Shown one piece after another: positions 1-6,070 of a stretch of 24,584 nt of DNA (position 1 is its first letter; every line of letters begins with the position of its first letter). Below the pieces are notes generated by a model. That model made no database searches. It saw only the letters and a program-made list of their open reading frames with translations, and was not told the DNA's origin. Origin of the DNA: an uncultured Coriobacteriaceae bacterium (GTDB lineage: Bacteria > Actinomycetota > Coriobacteriia > Coriobacteriales > Atopobiaceae); contig CAYTTI010000001.1 of the NCBI GenBank assembly GCA_964440675.1, forward strand, positions 1 through 24,584, in the 5' to 3' direction. The translations under genes and the position numbers were made by a program.

Positions 1-99
1 CATGAGATAGACACGTGTGGTAGCGCATTAAGCTTTGTGATAGATCCTTGTCATGGCTCCTATTTAGGCTTGAGATATCAACCTATGCAAGGAGGCCAT

Positions 100-2379
100 A
101 TGCGATGCCCCACACCTAAGAGAAGCATGATGCTTCTTGTGTTTGTACTGACAATAGGATTACTTGCTGTGTTTGCTTCAGGCATGTCGTCTCACTACAC
201 AACAGCTCAGGCAGCTTCATATCCATCACAGGTAAGCATTAGTTGGGATCACTGGTCCGAATATGGAGCTACAGCTCATAACTACGGTTCTATTCCCGTA
301 TTTTCACTTAATAGCGGCGCTGGTGTTGCTCACTGTGTCGTCCCAAGTGCAACGGTTCCCGCAGCTGGGTCGTATTCTACCTCTCAAATTCGCTGTGCAA
401 CTGGTGCTCCCGATAGGACAAGTGAGCTTATTGCCTATTTATATTATGGCTGGGAGGGGCCTGGTTTCGATGCGTCTATGTGGCCGAGCACCTACTTCAA
501 CGGACAAGCTTGGACGGCAGATCTGTACTACGGCATGACCCATGTTTTGGTGAGCTATGCCTTCACCGGTAGTGTGAGTGAGGCGTGTTTGGGCTGCAGC
601 AGTGAACTTACTGCATGGATTGAACGAAACATTATAGGTGTGAGTGGCTCTACTACGTACTCCGACGCTGTTGGCCAACAAATTGCAGCACGGGCTTCAA
701 GAGTTCCCAATGCGTTTGAAGCCTTCCTTATTGACTCAAGTGGGGGAGGTGAACATCAGACGCTTGTTGGGTATCTGTTCACTCCCATTACACTCACAAC
801 ATCGGCTGCGGTACAGAAAACAGGAAGCAAGATGGGATATGTCACCGACAACCTCACCATAACCGATGTGGTGAGCTACACCGGACTTAATAGTGATGCT
901 TCTTACAGGCTCAGCATGTCCGTTGTGGATGCTGCAGGCGGAGGGCTTATCACTGATGCCCAGGGCAACGAGGTAAGTTGTGAATATACCTTCACGCCTC
1001 AAGATATGAATGGGACATTTACCGCTACGGTATCATTTGACGCCTCTCACTTGGCAGGTCACACCTTAGTGGTATATCAAAGCCTGTACGACTCGGGTGG
1101 TAATTTGCTTGCTGCTCACCACAACATCAACGATGCCCAGCAAAGCATCTACCTTCCTTCAATCATCACACAGGCACGTGGAGGAAACTCCAATATCAAC
1201 GAGGAGCTGAACTCTACTGATACGCTACTTATCGACCAGGTGAGCTACACAAACCTTGAAGTAGGTGGAGAGTACCGTATTGTCGCCTCCCTGTACTCTC
1301 CCCAAAACGATGCCCTACTGGTTGATGATGAGGAAGTACCCATATCTGCAGAGGTCGTATTTATCGCAGAAGACACGGCAGGTGTACAAGAGATCGAGAT
1401 TGTTTTTGATGCAAGCGCGCTCGCAGGACAAGACGTCGTAGTATTTGAGCAACTCTACAAAGATGATCTCTTACTGGCTGAACATACCGATACGCTTGCG
1501 ACAGAGCAGACTATATCGTTTCCCAGTATGAACACCGCAGCGCGCAGCGAACAAACAGGCATACAGCTCACTGATGCGGCTCTTGAAACAACGATAATCG
1601 ATACGGTTTCGTACGAAAATCTCACGCCTGATGCTACCTATGTACTCGTAAGCGAAGTGGTATACGCAGAGAGTGGTGAAGCAGTACTAGATGTTGAAAA
1701 TGAACCTATATGCGTTGTAACAGAGTTGATTCCAGAAGAGACAAGTGGTCAGGTAGAGGTTTACCTGGAGGTTCCTGCTAAGCACAGCTCGGGACAAGCA
1801 GTAACCGTATTTCAACGCCTATACCGTGACGAGAGTTTAGTTGCTGAACATGCCGAGATCAACGACGAAAACCAAACGATATACCTCGTAGAGTTGGCTA
1901 CGTCTGCACACAACGGCAGTAATGGTAAGGAAGTGCCCGCTCAAGAACACGCAACAATTGTTGACAACGTGAGCTACAAGGGCTTAATTGCTGGAGAAAC
2001 TTATCGTTTAGAGAGCACCTTGGTGTCTGTATCTACCGGGGCGACCCTCCTCTATGAGGATGGAATGCCCTTGTCGGTTCAAACCGAATTTACCCCTGAA
2101 AGTTCAGATGGAACGGTCGATATCACCTTTACTCTCGATACAAGTACGTATGCAAATCAAGAACTCGTATGCTTCGAGCGGCTGTATAAGGATGACATAC
2201 TCATCGCCTCTCATGCAGATTTATACGATGAAGCGCAGACCATCCTATGTACGGAAGTAGCCAAAACACTGCCGTCTACCGGACAGGGCTCTTGGATGGT
2301 TATTGCAGGGAGTGTAGCTGTGCTGATGGTAGGTCTAGCATTGCGCTTTGCATGGCGCGTATGGCGCATAAGGTATTAA
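100..2379 (+). CDS. Sortase-anchored adhesin: signal peptide, Cys-Gln thioester domain (TED), four TQ-ester (VaFE) repeats, LPSTG anchor
   Basis: AAGGAGG RBS at 89-95 before ATG 100 (the track's GTG 37 has no RBS). Signal peptide ends AQA. TED-like AHCVVP (Cys 334-336) and EHQTLV (Gln 757-759). Four ~120-aa repeats with DxVSY, V(F/Y)(E/Q)xLY and HxxxxDxxQ-type motifs. LPSTG at 2269-2283, then a TM helix and basic tail. Confidence 0.85.
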   Translation: MRCPTPKRSMMLLVFVLTIGLLAVFASGMSSHYTTAQAASYPSQVSISWDHWSEYGATAHNYGSIPVFSLNSGAGVAHCVVPSATVPAAGSYSTSQIRCATGAPDRTSELIAYLYYGWEGPGFDASMWPSTYFNGQAWTADLYYGMTHVLVSYAFTGSVSEACLGCSSELTAWIERNIIGVSGSTTYSDAVGQQIAARASRVPNAFEAFLIDSSGGGEHQTLVGYLFTPITLTTSAAVQKTGSKMGYVTDNLTITDVVSYTGLNSDASYRLSMSVVDAAGGGLITDAQGNEVSCEYTFTPQDMNGTFTATVSFDASHLAGHTLVVYQSLYDSGGNLLAAHHNINDAQQSIYLPSIITQARGGNSNINEELNSTDTLLIDQVSYTNLEVGGEYRIVASLYSPQNDALLVDDEEVPISAEVVFIAEDTAGVQEIEIVFDASALAGQDVVVFEQLYKDDLLLAEHTDTLATEQTISFPSMNTAARSEQTGIQLTDAALETTIIDTVSYENLTPDATYVLVSEVVYAESGEAVLDVENEPICVVTELIPEETSGQVEVYLEVPAKHSSGQAVTVFQRLYRDESLVAEHAEINDENQTIYLVELATSAHNGSNGKEVPAQEHATIVDNVSYKGLIAGETYRLESTLVSVSTGATLLYEDGMPLSVQTEFTPESSDGTVDITFTLDTSTYANQELVCFERLYKDDILIASHADLYDEAQTILCTEVAKTLPSTGQGSWMVIAGSVAVLMVGLALRFAWRVWRIRY

Positions 2380-2439
2380 GTTCATACGTCGCCGCCCCGG
2401 CTCATACGTCTCTACCCCAGCTCATGCGTCGCTACTCAA
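2380..2439 (+). repeat. Three imperfect 20-bp tandem repeats between the adhesin stop and the sortase start
   Basis: gttcatacgtcgccgccccg / gctcatacgtctctacccca / gctcatgcgtcgctactcaa; the third copy contains ATG 2424. Confidence 0.9.
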
Positions 2440-3194
2440 AACGTATACGCACCGTCTTAATAGCGGCGTGTGTACTGGGGGCATGTTCAGCGGTGCTGCT
2501 AACCTTTGCCAGCTTTGCGAGCTTGCGGCTTCACGTTGAGCAGACTGCATGGGATCAGTTAGTAGAAGATGCGGAGGTATTAGATGCTATTGACTGGGAG
2601 TATTTGCACTCAATTAACCCCGACATTGTCGGCTGGATCACGGTAGACAATACGAGTATCAGCTATCCCATACTTGACCCCTCACGAGAATCTGTTGAGT
2701 ATTACCTCACGCATGATATTTGGGGGAATGTATCTTCAACGGGCTGTATCGTACTTGCTGAAAACAACCTCATATCCAGCAATCAACTCTATATATACGG
2801 CCATCATCTCACGGGTACTACGCTCATGTTTTCTGAGTTAGGCGCTGCTTGGAAAGAAGTTTCGTTTAACCGTATAGGGAATTTACATCTATTTACACCC
2901 GAGACAGGTGAGGTGGTTCTCGAGCCCAGCTGCGCGGCACATATATACGAAACGGATGAGCTTTACCTTCAACAAACAGGCTCTCCATCTGCGCTTAATC
3001 AGTGGTTTTCTCAGGTATGGGAACGCGCGCATGTTACTAAGGACAATACGTACGAGCCTATTACACAGAGCATTACACTTATCACCTGCTCATCACCATT
3101 CGCTCAGCAGCCTTGGCGATGTGCGGTCACCTTTACACAGCCATCCACTACTAACAAGCAGGAAGTACGAGACGCCAACGCGATACAGCTCTAG
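2424..3194 (+). CDS. srtB: Class B sortase
   Basis: MRRYSKR plus hydrophobic signal-anchor; NPDIVGWITV, YYLTHD, IYGHH (His), TLITC (Cys) and PWR (Arg) motifs of SrtB. ATG 2424 is preferred to the track's 2247, which overlaps the adhesin, but it has no clear RBS. Confidence 0.85.
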   Translation: MRRYSKRIRTVLIAACVLGACSAVLLTFASFASLRLHVEQTAWDQLVEDAEVLDAIDWEYLHSINPDIVGWITVDNTSISYPILDPSRESVEYYLTHDIWGNVSSTGCIVLAENNLISSNQLYIYGHHLTGTTLMFSELGAAWKEVSFNRIGNLHLFTPETGEVVLEPSCAAHIYETDELYLQQTGSPSALNQWFSQVWERAHVTKDNTYEPITQSITLITCSSPFAQQPWRCAVTFTQPSTTNKQEVRDANAIQL

Positions 3195-3223
3195 AGCCAC
3201 GAAGCTGTAGTGCTTAGAAGTTA

Positions 3224-3265
3224 CTTGCTATACCTGCTATACCTGGTGCTTGCTACTTGCTACTT
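3224..3265. repeat. Short tandem repeats (tgctatacc x2, ttgctac x2) in the convergent intergenic gap
   Basis: Read directly: ttgctatacctgctatacctggtgcttgctacttgctacttc. Confidence 0.7.
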
Positions 3266-3272
3266 CCCAAGA

Positions 3273-5786
3273 TTAGGATCTTCTAATAGTTTCAAGCACC
3301 AAACTGGCAACCTCATTAATCTGTTTTGTATCGATAGACTCCTCAGTGTCCTTATTTGTATGAGAGAGTGCAGGCATCTTCTTTTCATCAAAGCCGATGA
3401 TAGTTGCAGCACGCATAGAGGTTCGCATGGCAGGTGTTGCGTCCGTATCCCCCCAGCGCATCGTTCCCTCATCAAGCTCTAAATGTATGTCCTGAGCGGT
3501 ATCGCGAATAAGACGCACAAGACGACGGTCTGCCTTGCGGCGGTTATCGAGACCTTCTTCTGTAAGGATGGTAAGCGAACCAGCACCAACGCAGCTCAGG
3601 TTAAACAGGAATGCACCGCGACAGTCTCTGCGGTACGTATCTAAGAACGCCTTCATACCCGCATGACCACAGCCTGAACCACCAAGTGCAACAAAGTAGA
3701 TATCATGTGAGATAAGGTCATCATCTCCAAGAGACAAACTCACTTCGCGAAGCTCTACTTCGTTGGTAGCCTCTTTGGCCGCGCTACTTGTTGTTTCGCT
3801 ATCATTTTTTGTTTTGCTATCACTTGTTGTGGATGCAGCCTCATCTGCCGTGGGAGACGATCCTTCAATGACGCGGAAACGACTACTTAAAGCTGCCCCA
3901 CCTTTCCATGTACTCTCAGATTCGTCCTGAGTGTTGAAATTTTCCCAAGATCCAATCTCGCGACCCTGTGACTGAGCGTTGTAATCCTCGTCTACACCCA
4001 GCCATTCGCTCATCGATTGCTCTTCTTGACGCTTACGCCTGTTAAATAAACCACGACGTTTACGCTTTTGCTGATCACTATTCTGTGTGTTCACCGCACG
4101 CTGAGCGCCCATGACCCCCTGAGTGCTCACGCCCTCCTGAGCGCTCATACCCTGTTGTGTGCCAACAGCCTGTTGTGTCAATATTTCAACTGCCTGCTGA
4201 GACGAACGATTGGGATTCACTAGCGGCGTAGAACGCAACTCGAGCGGTTGAAAGTCAGGTAGATCCCCTGGCGCATCGAGAGGGTCAATCGAATCTTTCG
4301 ATGGGTCGGCCAAGTCTATAAGTGCCGCCTTTTGTGCCGCAGTACGTACGGGACGTCTTGCTCTGGCAGAAGAAGTATTGTTAACCGTATTAGGTAGGCG
4401 TTCTAAAACAGATCTCCTTGAATTATTAGTTGGTGCTTCGCTCTGTATGGCAGATACATCAGAAAACGGTTCCGTCTTCTCTTTGGATTCCTGTGATTTG
4501 TTAGATTCTTGTTTGTTTTCAGTAGTGCCCTCAGCACGCTCTGCTTGGGTATCTGCACCATCTGTAGTTATAGGGATTGCCTGTACAGAAATATCCTGTC
4601 GAGCTACAGCATCCCGAGAATCCCTCGAATCCTTCATGTTCTGTGTGTTTTGAGGCTGTTCATCAGTAATGGCCTGTGTGTCAGGGATGCTTTGTGTGTC
4701 CTGTGTCTGCTGTACGCTTTGGGTGTCCTGCACCTCATCAGCTGTCATGTCCTTGGTTGAGCTCGGGTCAACACTTGATTTTCTTACTGGAGCTCGACGA
4801 GTCACCTTCGGCTCGATATAGGTTACCGTACAGCTTGCGGGTAAAATTCCAAGCCCATTTAATACCTCAGCCCCATGACGTATACCTTCAACCGCTTCCA
4901 TCTCTACGGTCTCTCCAATGGGCTGCGTTCGACCAAATGGAGCTGTTCGATCTGCATCCGTCACATCCGATGTTGTGTTATCAGAACTTGACTCTTGATC
5001 AGCAGCTAAGTCCCGTGTATGTGATTCGTGTCCCTGATCCTCTTCTGAGGCATCTTCCTTTGTTTGGGGACACACATGGTTCATAACTGTAAGCATAGCT
5101 GCAACGCCAGACTTGTTATCGTTTGCACCCTCAGTGCAAGGCATAAACCGGGTGCTCACCTGAGAAGCACCCACAAATGCAATGGGCAGCGCTCCGATGA
5201 TGCCAAAGGACCACACAACTCGACGAGCTATCGATGGAATGAAACCGAGTATCTGTATGAACGAAAGGATCGTTACGACCAAAAGCAAGATGGGTAGCGC
5301 CTGGAGCATGATGGAGCTAAAACCAGCAAAAGGCTCGCGGTACAACAGATTTTCCCGTGGGGTATCGTAGTGCGCTACCACAATAATCGGACGGTTCGCA
5401 CGTTCCCCCTCGTCAACCGAGGCACGGTGAATGCCAATAACGTTTTGACTGTGTGTGGACGTATCGATGCCTCTTACTATGTCATTACCGAGAAAGCGGG
5501 CGAGTAGTAATGCCGCTGAGACTAAGGTGATAACAAATCCAATAGGAGTGAGTGGAGAGACCTGTGTTCCGGCAAGCACTACGCCAATAAAGGTGAGAAC
5601 ATATAACCCGCCTTCCGCAAAGTCACCTCCTGCAGAAGCAGAAAAATCCTGAACTGTTGTTTCAAGACCATGCTGCTTGAAAATGTTCTCTATAAAGTGA
5701 GAAGCCTGAACTTCTTCTTCGCTATTTGCTGGAGCAATAGTGATGTTATCGTTCAGATAAGCAAAGAAATCGCGAATGTTGGCCAT
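3273..5786 (-). CDS. M28-family peptidase-like membrane protein with a ~440-aa low-complexity insertion, probably catalytically degenerate
   Basis: GGAGG RBS 9 nt before ATG 5786. SQNVIG, VVAHYDT, GANDNKSGVA and C-terminal HTNKD are M28-like. Two hydrophobic hairpins. The expected EE and NLD motifs read GGSGCG and NLSC. Confidence 0.75.
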   Translation of the reverse strand: MANIRDFFAYLNDNITIAPANSEEEVQASHFIENIFKQHGLETTVQDFSASAGGDFAEGGLYVLTFIGVVLAGTQVSPLTPIGFVITLVSAALLLARFLGNDIVRGIDTSTHSQNVIGIHRASVDEGERANRPIIVVAHYDTPRENLLYREPFAGFSSIMLQALPILLLVVTILSFIQILGFIPSIARRVVWSFGIIGALPIAFVGASQVSTRFMPCTEGANDNKSGVAAMLTVMNHVCPQTKEDASEEDQGHESHTRDLAADQESSSDNTTSDVTDADRTAPFGRTQPIGETVEMEAVEGIRHGAEVLNGLGILPASCTVTYIEPKVTRRAPVRKSSVDPSSTKDMTADEVQDTQSVQQTQDTQSIPDTQAITDEQPQNTQNMKDSRDSRDAVARQDISVQAIPITTDGADTQAERAEGTTENKQESNKSQESKEKTEPFSDVSAIQSEAPTNNSRRSVLERLPNTVNNTSSARARRPVRTAAQKAALIDLADPSKDSIDPLDAPGDLPDFQPLELRSTPLVNPNRSSQQAVEILTQQAVGTQQGMSAQEGVSTQGVMGAQRAVNTQNSDQQKRKRRGLFNRRKRQEEQSMSEWLGVDEDYNAQSQGREIGSWENFNTQDESESTWKGGAALSSRFRVIEGSSPTADEAASTTSDSKTKNDSETTSSAAKEATNEVELREVSLSLGDDDLISHDIYFVALGGSGCGHAGMKAFLDTYRRDCRGAFLFNLSCVGAGSLTILTEEGLDNRRKADRRLVRLIRDTAQDIHLELDEGTMRWGDTDATPAMRTSMRAATIIGFDEKKMPALSHTNKDTEESIDTKQINEVASLVLETIRRS
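4083..4190 (-). repeat. Degenerate 18-bp (6-aa) coding tandem repeat within the peptidase insertion
   Basis: + strand units ctgtgtgttcaccgcacg / ctgagcgcccatgacccc / ctgagtgctcacgccctc / ctgagcgctcataccctg / ttgtgtgccaacagcctg; protein QQAVGT QQGMSA QEGVST QGVMGA QRAVNT. Confidence 0.8.
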
Positions 5787-5865
5787 GTGTCGTGCCTCCG
5801 AAGATCTGCAAGACAAGGGTGCGTATCATCTGTGTCTATGGCGTGCTTGTATAAAAGTGTAACTG

Positions 5866-5874
5866 ATCATACCA
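5866..5874 (-). promoter_or_regulatory. Possible extended -10 promoter of the M28-like gene
   Basis: Minus strand reads TGgTATGAT (TGn + -10) about 80 nt upstream of ATG 5786; no good -35. Confidence 0.4.
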
Positions 5875-5954
5875 AAAAGCCAGCGTATATCCCTATGGGG
5901 TCTAACAAAAGTTACGAGTTTCAACAATAAAATGTACACATAGCACCGCATACC

Positions 5955-6070
5955 GGCCATCGCGCCATGCACACCACGCACCAATCATGCTGTATACGCC
6001 ACGTGCTAACAGGCCGTCGCAGGCCATCGTGCCACATACACCACGTACTAATCGTGTCGTATGCGCCACG
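5955..6070. repeat. 49-bp imperfect direct repeat (5955-6003 and 6022-6070); copy 2 spans the dinG stop codon
   Basis: 39 of 49 positions identical by manual alignment; all 10 differences are transitions. Confidence 0.9.

Noticed and set aside
48-76. Adhesin promoter TTGTCA-17-TGAGAT
   Set aside because: The -10 is poor, and the upstream context is cut off by the window edge.
37-99. Longer N-termini from the ORF track (adhesin 37, sortase 2247, M28-like 5816, ddl 10000, rlmN 10052, parA 13120, rnpA 16260, gyrB 22384)
   Set aside because: Downstream starts have better Shine-Dalgarno sequences and/or match the usual family N-terminus.
5916-5930. DnaA box upstream of the M28-like gene (gagtttcaacaataa, resembling gagttttcaacaatta at the dnaA promoter)
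   Set aside because: It is a single one-mismatch site, and such matches are expected by chance.
5955-6070. CRISPR array or prophage att site
   Set aside because: There are only two copies, 10 mismatches and an 18-bp gap, with no cas or integrase gene in the window.
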